Origin: Salinispira sp.
GTDB taxonomy: Bacteria > Spirochaetota > Spirochaetia > DSM-27196 > Salinispiraceae
Length of the DNA stretch: 64,000 bases
Reading direction: 5' to 3'
Assembly: GCA_965602015.1 (NCBI GenBank)
Contig: OZ271918.1
Location: forward strand, 896,001-960,000
The translations under genes and the position numbers were made by a program. The notes below the pieces were generated by a model, which saw only the letters and a program-made list of their open reading frames with translations, did no database searches and was not told the DNA's origin. Positions 38,501 through 46,222 of this stretch are shown piece after piece (positions within the stretch are counted from its first letter, which is position 1; each line of letters begins with the position of its first letter).

Positions 38501-40013
38501 CGGCTGCGGTCACGACGCAATAATCAGCGACGAAATGGTCCGCATACTCCGGGAAAAATCAGGAAAAGAAATGCTGGTCCTCAAGCTCGATGAAGGGGAA
38601 AACATCGGGCCGCTCACCATTCGGGTCAAGAGCTTCGTGGAAACCATAAAAAGCCGCAGGCAGGCCCTTGTTGAACGGGAATCCCGGGAGTCAGGCCAAG
38701 GCGACGGCAGGAGCTGGAAACCCCTATCCGATCCGTATCCCGTGCGATTTACCCGCAGTGACAGGAAAAAAACCATACTGGTACCGAATCTGTCTGAAAG
38801 TTTCAGCCGGATAATCGGGGCCGCCATCGAGGTCGACGGCTACCGGGTGATGAACATGCCCCTTGCCGACGCCTCGGCAATCGAACTGGGCAAAAAGCAC
38901 GTGCACAACGACATCTGTTTTCCCGCCCAGGTCAATGTCGGTGAAATCCTGGCTACCCTCAAATCCGGAGCGGTGGATCCCGACAGCGCGGTTGCAGGCA
39001 TCGCGAAAAACTGCAAAGACTGCCGGGCCGGCCACTACATGATGCTTGCCCGCAAAGCCCTCGACGAAGCGGGTTTTCCCCAGGTCCCCATCATCACCAC
39101 CGGCGAGGACAAGAAGCACGCCCATCCGGGGTTTCGCCTGTCACTGGGCTTTCAAGTCAGGATGGTATGGGGTCTGGCAATGGTGGACGCATTGGAATCC
39201 ATGGTGCGGATGATCCGCCCCTACGAGCGGGTTTCGGGAGAAACCGACCGGGCCTGGAAAGAAGCCATCGATCACATATCCGCAGCCTTGGAAAAGCCCG
39301 CAAGGCAGTGCGTTGCATTAATGCGGCGTATCGTGGATCGCTTTAACCGCATTCCATGCGACAGGTCAGAGAGAAAACCCAGAGTCGGAATTCTCGGTGA
39401 GATTCTTTTAAATTTCCACCCCAGTTCGAATTCCAATATCGAAGCCTACCTTGAAAGCCATGGAATGGAGGTGGTCCAGCCGTCCATGACGGACTTCTTC
39501 AGACGCGATTCTTATGCGGCTATAAAAAAGTACAAACGGGATCTGCTTGACGACAGATTTATCCAGCCGCTCATAGCCGGAATTACCGATAAGGTTTTTA
39601 CCCATATCGGCAGGCGAATTGATGAAGTGATGCAGAGCTTCAGGTACTACCGCGGACATTTTGATCTGGACGATCTGACGCGCAATATCAAAGGGCTCAT
39701 TGATGACGTCTACTTGCCGGGAGAGGGATGGCTCATGGCCGGGGAAATAATCGAAATGGCCCGAGACGGGGTGGATAACTTTCTCATCCTCAATCCCTTC
39801 GGCTGCCTGCCGAACCACATTACCGGCAGGGGATTTATCAAACCTTTAAAAAAGCGCCTTCCCCACATTCAGATTTTGAGTCTGGATTTTGATCCCGATA
39901 CGGCCTTCGCCAATATTGAAAACCGACTGCAAATGCTCATAATCACCGCCCGTGAGCTGCATAAGCGACGGGAAGCCGCCGCGCAAAAGACGGCCGAACG
40001 GGCGATGCTTTGA
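35574..40013 (+). CDS. Fused 2-hydroxyacyl-CoA dehydratase activase-like protein (two BadF/BcrA ATPase domains, DUF2229, dehydratase-like domain)
   Basis: GLDVGSTT...ELGGQD...CAGGTG...RCGVFA; second GIDGGSTT...DIGGQD...CSAGCG...RCTVF; CRFCANNC; SDTACFP, FGCGHD, HNDICFPA, PFGCLPNH. Confidence 0.9.
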   Translation: MKTLLAGLDVGSTTVKIVVLHPDTREMLHGDYRRHDANQAGVVRELLEEAHGLFPDNDFRLSFCGSAGEPFAGLTGAFFIQEVVANAVAIKELHPEVRVAIELGGQDAKVVFFRIDDITGQLIASDMRMNGSCAGGTGAFVDQIAELLSIKTEDFNELAARGNTVYDISGRCGVFAKTDIQPLLNQGVAKSDIALSCFHALAKQTIGGLAQGMEISPPVIFEGGPLTFNPVLIRVFAERLNLGEHQIVHTSRPELIVATGAALSNQIMFADRPNGYGGRRALSALAKARSRSGFEIRNDSPRLFDNASEVDAFTKRYPGDLWKPRPLVSGSRVEAWLGIDGGSTTTKFVLMADDQSVIDKFYANNQGDPLAVLKKSLIELRDRYRESGVDLVIKACGTTGYGEQLFAAALKADFHCVETVAHAKAAQSIDPDASFILDIGGQDMKAIFVNKGIVTGIVLNEACSAGCGSFLETYAKSLKIPVQDIASLAFAAENPSRLGSRCTVFMNSSIITEQKAGKTTAEIMSGLCRSVIENVFTKVVRVSNLETLGDHVVVQGGTFKNDAVLRAFEQYLGKTVNRPPLPGEMGAIGAAILTKENFERRIAANPELKSRFIGLDDLESFTWTNESGVICRFCANNCNRTVVSFCDGSSYITGNRCEKGEIIGDIHDPGTREKLQAAIRRQGSIPDTMKLYRELLFKDWPIAEVKHRHPLIIGLPRVLEFWASMPFWTTLFRSLGMTVKISRKSSYEIFERGLPNVPSDTACFPAKLSHGHILDLIDQGVDRIFFPMMAITPVEQRLTEDSYTCPLVQGYPAVIDKADEPATRYGVPYDHPIFFWYDESHKEKQVVRYLTETLGIIPSRARRAFAAGQRAMSGLRSAMHREGRRILNETAAEGRFAVVLSGRPYHCDELINHNLSNLFTSLGFPVLTLEALEGLSDHDISRSRMDAYNAFHTRMIAAAFEVGKNPHLELVQIVNFGCGHDAIISDEMVRILREKSGKEMLVLKLDEGENIGPLTIRVKSFVETIKSRRQALVERESRESGQGDGRSWKPLSDPYPVRFTRSDRKKTILVPNLSESFSRIIGAAIEVDGYRVMNMPLADASAIELGKKHVHNDICFPAQVNVGEILATLKSGAVDPDSAVAGIAKNCKDCRAGHYMMLARKALDEAGFPQVPIITTGEDKKHAHPGFRLSLGFQVRMVWGLAMVDALESMVRMIRPYERVSGETDRAWKEAIDHISAALEKPARQCVALMRRIVDRFNRIPCDRSERKPRVGILGEILLNFHPSSNSNIEAYLESHGMEVVQPSMTDFFRRDSYAAIKKYKRDLLDDRFIQPLIAGITDKVFTHIGRRIDEVMQSFRYYRGHFDLDDLTRNIKGLIDDVYLPGEGWLMAGEIIEMARDGVDNFLILNPFGCLPNHITGRGFIKPLKKRLPHIQILSLDFDPDTAFANIENRLQMLIITARELHKRREAAAQKTAERAML

Positions 40014-40053
40014 GCTGTGTTTTCTCCATCCGGAAAAAATGATCAGAGGGCAT

Positions 40054-41256
40054 TCACAAGCCGAAGGGCTCAAGAACCCGCGGGAGCACGCCGTGCATTT
40101 TGCTGATGGCTATTCCGTAATTTGTTATGGGCAGTCCTCGAGTATCAGCTTCGCCCATCCGAGCGAGCATCATCTTGCGGGTAATCATGCAGCCCCCGCA
40201 GTGAATTATGAGTTTGAAATCTTCCAAATCCTCGGGAAAGTCGCCGGCAGCCACCTGAATGTCAAGGGTTTTGCCGCTGTGCTGTTTGAGCCAGCGGGGT
40301 AGTTTAACCCTTCCGATATCATCGCACATGGTCTTGTGTGTGCAGGATTCGGCTATGAGGATTTTGTCGCCGTGCTGCAGGTCATCGATTACTGCTGAGG
40401 CTTGAACGAAGGATTCCAGATCTCCTTTTAATCGGCTGAACAAAATGGAAAAGGTTGTGAGAGGAATCTCCCGGGGTATGCTCGACGCCGCTTTGAGAAC
40501 CGCCTGGCTGTCGGTGATTGCCAGGTCAGGCTTTTGCTTGAGTATGGAGAGGGCCCAGTCAATTTCCTTCTCTTTCACCACCAGGCTCGCGGCGTCGGCG
40601 TCAAGGGTTTCCCGGATGGCCTGAACCTGGGGGAGAATGAGCCTACCCGCCGGAGCCTCCATGTCGATGGGGACCACCATCAAGATTAATTGAAAGTTTC
40701 TCACTAAATCTTCGAGTAAACTCTGTTGGCCGGTTTTCCGCGATTGAAGGATGCCGACCAGGGCATCCGCCGCCTCAGCAAGTCCCTGGCCTCCGTGGTT
40801 GCTCACCTGTATAACCCGTGCTCCCATGCGTGATAGTTCGGCGCTCAGGTTGTCGGCCAGGGCCGCCTCATCGGGAATATCAATAAATGTGAAAATCACA
40901 ACGGGCTTTTCTTTCCCTGAGCGCTCCATCACGAGGCTGCGGAAATCGTCATCAAACAAGCTCGGCCGGCAGATATGTATAAGCAGGTCTCCCGAAGCCA
41001 TGACCCGGCGTGCCCGGTCTACCCGCCTCTGACCAAGCTCGCCGGTATCGTCCAGGCCGGGAGTGTCGACGAAGGTTACCGGCCCGAAGGGTAATAGCTC
41101 CATGTTAATGTATACCGGGTCGCTAGTTGTTCCCGGGGTGTCCGATACTATCGCCCGCGCTTTCCCGCAGATGGAATTAAGAAAGCTCGATTTTCCGCAG
41201 TTGCGTTTTCCCGCCAGAATGATGTGCGGCCGAAGACCTCTTGGTGTTGCAGTCAT
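40054..41256 (-). CDS. hydF: [FeFe]-hydrogenase maturation GTPase
   Basis: GKRNCGKSS, GTTSDPV, DTPGLDD, GRLILPQVQ, ESCTH...HCGGCM. Confidence 0.95.
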   Translation of the reverse strand: MTATPRGLRPHIILAGKRNCGKSSFLNSICGKARAIVSDTPGTTSDPVYINMELLPFGPVTFVDTPGLDDTGELGQRRVDRARRVMASGDLLIHICRPSLFDDDFRSLVMERSGKEKPVVIFTFIDIPDEAALADNLSAELSRMGARVIQVSNHGGQGLAEAADALVGILQSRKTGQQSLLEDLVRNFQLILMVVPIDMEAPAGRLILPQVQAIRETLDADAASLVVKEKEIDWALSILKQKPDLAITDSQAVLKAASSIPREIPLTTFSILFSRLKGDLESFVQASAVIDDLQHGDKILIAESCTHKTMCDDIGRVKLPRWLKQHSGKTLDIQVAAGDFPEDLEDFKLIIHCGGCMITRKMMLARMGEADTRGLPITNYGIAISKMHGVLPRVLEPFGL

Positions 41257-42653
41257 GGCTTCGCTCCTTCGAGGGCGGACAGATACTCATCAAGCTTTTT
41301 GCCGTAGCGCCGGCGAAAATCATGGACAACTGCCGGGTCGTAGCCCGCGGAGGTGAGACTGTCACCTGAGAGCAAGGTATCTAAATCCGCTTTGCCGATT
41401 ACATTACTGCCCTCGAGCATGCTGCGCAGAGTCCTTTCCTGTTTACGGCTGTGGGTCATAAGGGCTTCAAGCTTTTTGTACCCGAGAATGGGGAGGAGAC
41501 AGAGGCTCTCTGTGTTGCTGTGCCGGATGTTTTTGTCGCATCGCGTGGCATTCACGGATAGTCGGGATAGAAAATCCTCGAAGCCTGGAATAAAACGGAG
41601 CATAAGCTCAAGACTTTCACAGCAGGTCCAGGCGATCAGGGGCCAAAACGCATTTAACTGCAGTTCGCTTTTTGCTGCCAGCTCGGACAGAATGGCGTCA
41701 TTGTGCCGGATTTTTACGCCGACTTGAACGGCGGCCTCTGCGATTACCGGGTTGTTCTTTCCAGCCATTATGGAAGAGCCTTTGACCAAGGAGGGCAGGG
41801 CGATTTCTCCCACCGGTCCCGATGAAAGGAATCGTATGTCGCCGGCTATTTTCTCCAGATTTTGAGCGATAATACGCAGGGAACTCATAGCCTCGCTGAT
41901 ACCGTCATAGTTCACGGTTGCCTCCATCAGGTCATCGGCTTTGGCGAAGGGAAGGCCGGAGTGCTCATTCAGGACACGGGAGACCGTACGGACATAGTCC
42001 CAGGGTGCGCCGCTGCCTGCGCCGACGGCAGTGCCGCCGAGATTGATCTCCTTTATGCGCTCGCGGCTTTTAAAACAGCGCCAACGGTCCCGGCTTATGG
42101 CCTGGGCCCAGCTTCCGAACAGGCGTCCGGCATCCATAAGCTGGGCATCCTGCAGCTGGGTTCTTCCGTTCATAAGCTGCCCGCTCCATGAACTCTCCTG
42201 ATTCTGGCAACAGGACTGAAGGGAAGCCAGGGCAGATTCAATTTTCTGAAACATGCCGTACAGGTAGAGCCTAAGCGCAGTAGGTAGAACGTCATTGGTA
42301 GACTGATGAAGGTTAACTTCGTCGTAGGGGTCGAGGTCCGTGTTAAGGGCTATGGCCTCGTTGAGATTCATGTTCATGGAGGTCCCCGCGCCGCCCATAA
42401 ACGGGTCAAGCGGAAAGAGCGAGAAAAGCCGTTCTTCATCAAGGATCCTGAGTTCGCTGATTCTGGCGGCAATGAGCTCGAACCGTTCTACGCCTATATA
42501 CCCAAGTCGGCAGTTGGCATCCGCAGCCGCGCCCTTGACGGTCAGCCCTGCGTGTATAAGCTCAAGGGGGAAGCGGTAGGGAGTATAATTGTATAGCCGG
42601 GCCGATATTGCCGTGTGGCTTTCCGGAGGGTACGGGTTATTGCGCAGCATCAT
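41253..42653 (-). CDS. Aspartate ammonia-lyase-like (fumarase/aspartase superfamily) protein
   Basis: GGAGTSMNMNLNE, HQSTNDV, GRTQLQDA, LGGTAVG, signature GSSIMAGKNNP. Confidence 0.85.
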   Translation of the reverse strand: MMLRNNPYPPESHTAISARLYNYTPYRFPLELIHAGLTVKGAAADANCRLGYIGVERFELIAARISELRILDEERLFSLFPLDPFMGGAGTSMNMNLNEAIALNTDLDPYDEVNLHQSTNDVLPTALRLYLYGMFQKIESALASLQSCCQNQESSWSGQLMNGRTQLQDAQLMDAGRLFGSWAQAISRDRWRCFKSRERIKEINLGGTAVGAGSGAPWDYVRTVSRVLNEHSGLPFAKADDLMEATVNYDGISEAMSSLRIIAQNLEKIAGDIRFLSSGPVGEIALPSLVKGSSIMAGKNNPVIAEAAVQVGVKIRHNDAILSELAAKSELQLNAFWPLIAWTCCESLELMLRFIPGFEDFLSRLSVNATRCDKNIRHSNTESLCLLPILGYKKLEALMTHSRKQERTLRSMLEGSNVIGKADLDTLLSGDSLTSAGYDPAVVHDFRRRYGKKLDEYLSALEGAKP

Positions 42654-42934
42654 GTATCGTCCTCTATACGAAGGGCCGACGGCAGTTTCCCCAGGCCGGA
42701 TTTTACCGTGATTCCCGGAATCCGCCCGAGCTGACCGGTGAGGCTTCCCAGCTCATCGGTGCTGCCGTGGATAATCAGGGTGATAATCGCAAGTCGGTTT
42801 TCATCCAAATGGGGAAGCCCCATCCGCCCGAGAATAATCTCGCTGTGCCGTTCCAGGATGTTCTGGATTTTACCTCCCGCCTTGAGCTCTCGCGGGATAA
42901 TGATGCCCACAAATCCGTACCGTTTTTCTGTCAT
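42650..42934 (-). CDS. TM1266-family iron-only hydrogenase system putative regulator (ACT fold)
   Basis: EKRYGFVGIII...IILGRMGLP...LTGQLGRIPGITVKS, inside the hyd operon. Confidence 0.85.
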   Translation of the reverse strand: MTEKRYGFVGIIIPRELKAGGKIQNILERHSEIILGRMGLPHLDENRLAIITLIIHGSTDELGSLTGQLGRIPGITVKSGLGKLPSALRIEDDT

Positions 42935-44040
42935 GATGTTAGCTCCTTGGCTGAGGCTTTTTCATTCTTCCGCCGTTCAAAAAAATGCAGAGGGTCGCCC
43001 CATTCATCCCGGGCCACCTCCCTGCTGGTGCTGGCAACCCGGCTCAGCAGGCAGTCCCGGCAGTCCTCGGTCCTGTCGTCCAGGCATGGTTTGCCGTCGT
43101 AGAGTTGGTAATCCCGTCTGGTAGCAGCCGGTGTCACCAGGGGCATGAGGACGTTTGCTCCGGATTTTAAGCCCATTTCCCTTCCCATCGGATGTATTGC
43201 CTGGAGCGCAGTCGTTGCGGCGATATTTGCCGAGGGTATGGCCAGTCGCATTACCGCCGTCATTTTTAGGGTCATGGCGAGGCGGATTTTATCATCCCAC
43301 AGTTCGGGAAAACCGTGCATTGCCGATGCATGGTGGGGAAGGTAGGGCCCCATGCCGATCATGTCTATTCCCCTCTCCTTGAGAAAGAGAACGTCATCGG
43401 CCAGATCTGCAATGCTCTGACCGGGAATGCCGATCATTACGCCGCTGCCCACCTGATATCCGATTGCCTGAAGTGTTTCGAGACAGCGGACCCGGTCTTT
43501 CCAGTCGTCGGCTGGAGGGTGGATTCGGGCATACAGTGTTGGGTTGGAAGTTTCTATTCGCAGTAAATAGCGGTGAGCTCCTGCCAGGAAAAGCCGCCGG
43601 TAATCCTCCGGCTTTTGTTCGCCGATGCACAGGGTAATGCCCAGGCCGTCGGGAAGACGGGGATGTTTTCCGGCTGATTTTACGGCTTGCAGCATTCTGA
43701 TGGCGAAGTCGATGGATTCCCGGTCCCGGGTCTCGCCGCCCTGCAGAGTGAGCGAACCGTAGCCGTTGTCGGCAACCCAGGCAGCCACCTGCTCAATTTC
43801 CTCGATTGACAGCCGGTAACGGCGAACCGCCGAATTGGAACGGCGAATGCCGCAGTAAAGGCAGTCCCGGGCGCAGCGGTTCGAATATTCCAGCAATCCT
43901 CGGTAGTATACCTTCTCACCAACGGTGCGCTTCATGGTTTCATATGCCCACCGTTGCAGACGCTCCAGATCTGCCGGGTCGGTTAATGACAGCAGTTCTA
44001 TAATTTCCGCGCGGCTTAAGCTGGTCCTAACCCCGCTCAT
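42931..44040 (-). CDS. hydE: [FeFe]-hydrogenase maturation radical SAM
   Basis: CARDCLYC, YLLRIET, MIGMGPYLPH, ATTAL, YQLYDGKPC-x7-C-x2-C. Confidence 0.93.
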   Translation of the reverse strand: MSGVRTSLSRAEIIELLSLTDPADLERLQRWAYETMKRTVGEKVYYRGLLEYSNRCARDCLYCGIRRSNSAVRRYRLSIEEIEQVAAWVADNGYGSLTLQGGETRDRESIDFAIRMLQAVKSAGKHPRLPDGLGITLCIGEQKPEDYRRLFLAGAHRYLLRIETSNPTLYARIHPPADDWKDRVRCLETLQAIGYQVGSGVMIGIPGQSIADLADDVLFLKERGIDMIGMGPYLPHHASAMHGFPELWDDKIRLAMTLKMTAVMRLAIPSANIAATTALQAIHPMGREMGLKSGANVLMPLVTPAATRRDYQLYDGKPCLDDRTEDCRDCLLSRVASTSREVARDEWGDPLHFFERRKNEKASAKELTS

Positions 44041-45527
44041 AAATAGAGGTCCCGTTTTCCCCTGCAGGTCTCTGCGTACATGGGCTTGAATTTGCCCTGG
44101 TATTGAGGGAGCTCCCGACCTATGGAAGACAGCTCGCGTCGAATCAGCGCCTCCCCTTTCTTCCGAATGTCATCGCCTGCAAAATCGTCCAGCCACTCCC
44201 GGAAGGTGATGACCGCATTGAGCTTGCAAAACTCCGCCTCATGGCATCCCCTGAGCAGCTTCATTATCCGCTCTCCGGTTCTGCCGATGCGGTAGCCGGC
44301 GGTGCAAAAACTCGTAATGTGACCCCTGTCTGCCAGATCGCCAATGAGCTCCTCCAGGCTTCTGGTGTCTCCCAGCTCGAACTGCTGCTTCGAAACATCC
44401 TGCTTCGTATCATTGATTTCGCTGTATGCCCCGAGACCGATTCGGGTGGACGCATCCATTTGGGTGACTCCGGATTCCAGGGCCGAATTTCTGATATGTG
44501 CCGGCTCCCTGGCGGTAATTATCATACCAGTGTAGGGAACCGCGAGGCGGATGATGCTGATTATTTTTTGAAAATCCTCGTCGCTGACCCTATAATCCAG
44601 GTTCTTCAGGAACGGGGCATTATCCGCCGTCTCCAGCCGGGGGAAACTAATTGTGTGGGGGCCGATTTTGTTGTACCGGCTCTCAAGTTCCCTGCTGTGA
44701 TGAATCAGGCCCATCAGTTCAAAACGCCAGTCGTAGAGGCCGAGTAACGCTCCGATGCCCACATCGTCAATGCCGGCGTCCATAGCCCGGTGCATGGCAT
44801 AAAGCCGCCAGAGATAGTTCCCTTTTACGCTTCCTGCAGGATGGACCGTTTCATAGGTCTTTTGATGATAGGTCTCCTGAAAAACCTGATAGGTTCCCAC
44901 TCCTACCCGTTGAAGCCGGGTCAGTTTTTCAATATCCATCGGCGCCGCATTCACATTGACCCGGCGGATACTTGCCTTGCCCTTACGGGTAGGCATTTCA
45001 ACATTGTAGATCGTGTCTATGCTCTCTTCGATGTAGTCGATGTCCGACCGGGGATCTTCGCCGTACACTACAATGAGGCGTTTGTGACCGAGATGTCCTG
45101 CCAAGGCCTCGGTTTCCCTCCGCACTTCGTCCATCGAAAGGCTTCGTCTGGGCATGCGGGTGTTTTCATCCCGAAAGCCGCAATATTTGCAGGCATTTAC
45201 GCAATAATTCGACAGGTACAAGGGGGCGAAAGTGACAATCCTGTTATCGTACACCTTGTTTTTCACCGTAAGCGCTGCATCGCGCATTTCTGCAAGGAGC
45301 TGCGGGTCTGAAACGCGAATAAGTGTCGCGGTTTCCTCAGGGGTGAGAGAGCAGATGCTCAAGCTTTTGGCGAGAATTTCCCGCACCCTTCCGGGTTCAG
45401 GAGCAGCAGCATAATTGATTTGATGCCAGATCTGCTGTTCGTCAATGAAGCTGCTGCTGTCGGGCCGCAGATATCTGGATATTTCGTCGGGCTTTATGAC
45501 CGATGAGACCCATTCCTTAACAGACAT
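44037..45527 (-). CDS. hydG: [FeFe]-hydrogenase maturation radical SAM (CO/CN synthon)
   Basis: FAPLYLSNYCVNACKYC, FQETYH, GIDDVGIG, GPHTISFPR, SFCTAGYR, GKRDLYL. Confidence 0.95.
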   Translation of the reverse strand: MSVKEWVSSVIKPDEISRYLRPDSSSFIDEQQIWHQINYAAAPEPGRVREILAKSLSICSLTPEETATLIRVSDPQLLAEMRDAALTVKNKVYDNRIVTFAPLYLSNYCVNACKYCGFRDENTRMPRRSLSMDEVRRETEALAGHLGHKRLIVVYGEDPRSDIDYIEESIDTIYNVEMPTRKGKASIRRVNVNAAPMDIEKLTRLQRVGVGTYQVFQETYHQKTYETVHPAGSVKGNYLWRLYAMHRAMDAGIDDVGIGALLGLYDWRFELMGLIHHSRELESRYNKIGPHTISFPRLETADNAPFLKNLDYRVSDEDFQKIISIIRLAVPYTGMIITAREPAHIRNSALESGVTQMDASTRIGLGAYSEINDTKQDVSKQQFELGDTRSLEELIGDLADRGHITSFCTAGYRIGRTGERIMKLLRGCHEAEFCKLNAVITFREWLDDFAGDDIRKKGEALIRRELSSIGRELPQYQGKFKPMYAETCRGKRDLYL

Positions 45528-45805
45528 AGTTCCTCCTCAGAGGATATGGCAACGGAAAGAGCGAACGGAGGGGGGCAGTGCCCGTTTGTGTGGTACGGTC
45601 TCCGCATTGCTCAGTACCATATCGTCCTTGCAAGCGTTGTGGTTTCGAATCCTTTTGCGATCGGCCTCTTGCGGATGGTAATCCGAAAAAGCGGACAGCA
45701 ATCAGATAAGGAAAATGGTAGAGAGATAACTTGCAGGTGTCAATATTAGATAAATATATATCTATAAAAAAATGATTTAAATTTCAATCTTCAATAAAAA
45801 ATCAA

Positions 45806-45865
45806 TTGACAGCCATAGTTAGTTGAGATAAACTTCATTTCGAAACTGTTAGCACGGACTAACAG
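45806..45865 (+). promoter_or_regulatory. feo promoter with DtxR/MntR-type palindromes (GTTAG-N6-CTAAC)
   Basis: TTGACA at 45806-45811; CTGTTAG-CACGGA-CTAACAG perfect IR at 45846-45865; degenerate copy at 45818-45833; third copy GTTAG-CCTTGT-ATAAC at 46166-46181. Confidence 0.65.
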
Positions 45866-45882
45866 CTTAATGGAGGCGAACC

Positions 45883-46143
45883 ATGACATTGGCCAATGCG
45901 ACTGCCGATTCCACATATATCATTTCATCTGTTCAGCCTGACGAAGCGGGCATGAAGGATTTTTTGTTCACCCTGGGTTGCTATCCCGGCGAGAAGATTA
46001 CCGTGTTGTCCCGGCTTTCGGGCAACCATATCGTGAATGTGAAGAACTCCCGGTACAGTCTGGACAGCCGGCTCGCCGAAGCGATTCATCTGGCATCAAA
46101 CTCCAGCATGCCGGAATACGATTCCGTGTTAAAAGTCGGGTAA
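45883..46143 (+). CDS. feoA: Ferrous iron transport protein A
   Basis: FLFTLGCYPGEKITV...VKNSRYSLDSRLAEAI; GGAGG RBS. Confidence 0.88.
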   Translation: MTLANATADSTYIISSVQPDEAGMKDFLFTLGCYPGEKITVLSRLSGNHIVNVKNSRYSLDSRLAEAIHLASNSSMPEYDSVLKVG

Positions 46144-46222
46144 TCCGGCTTTTTTTACCCAGAAAGTTAGCCTTGTATAACAAACCAGAAACCAGTACCA
46201 GGTTTTCCCTTAGGAGATATAT

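Noticed and set aside
45546..45749. 67-aa ORF or riboswitch (TPP, SAM, NiCo) upstream of hydG
   Set aside because: No recognisable protein motif, and only fragments resemble riboswitch consensus sequences.
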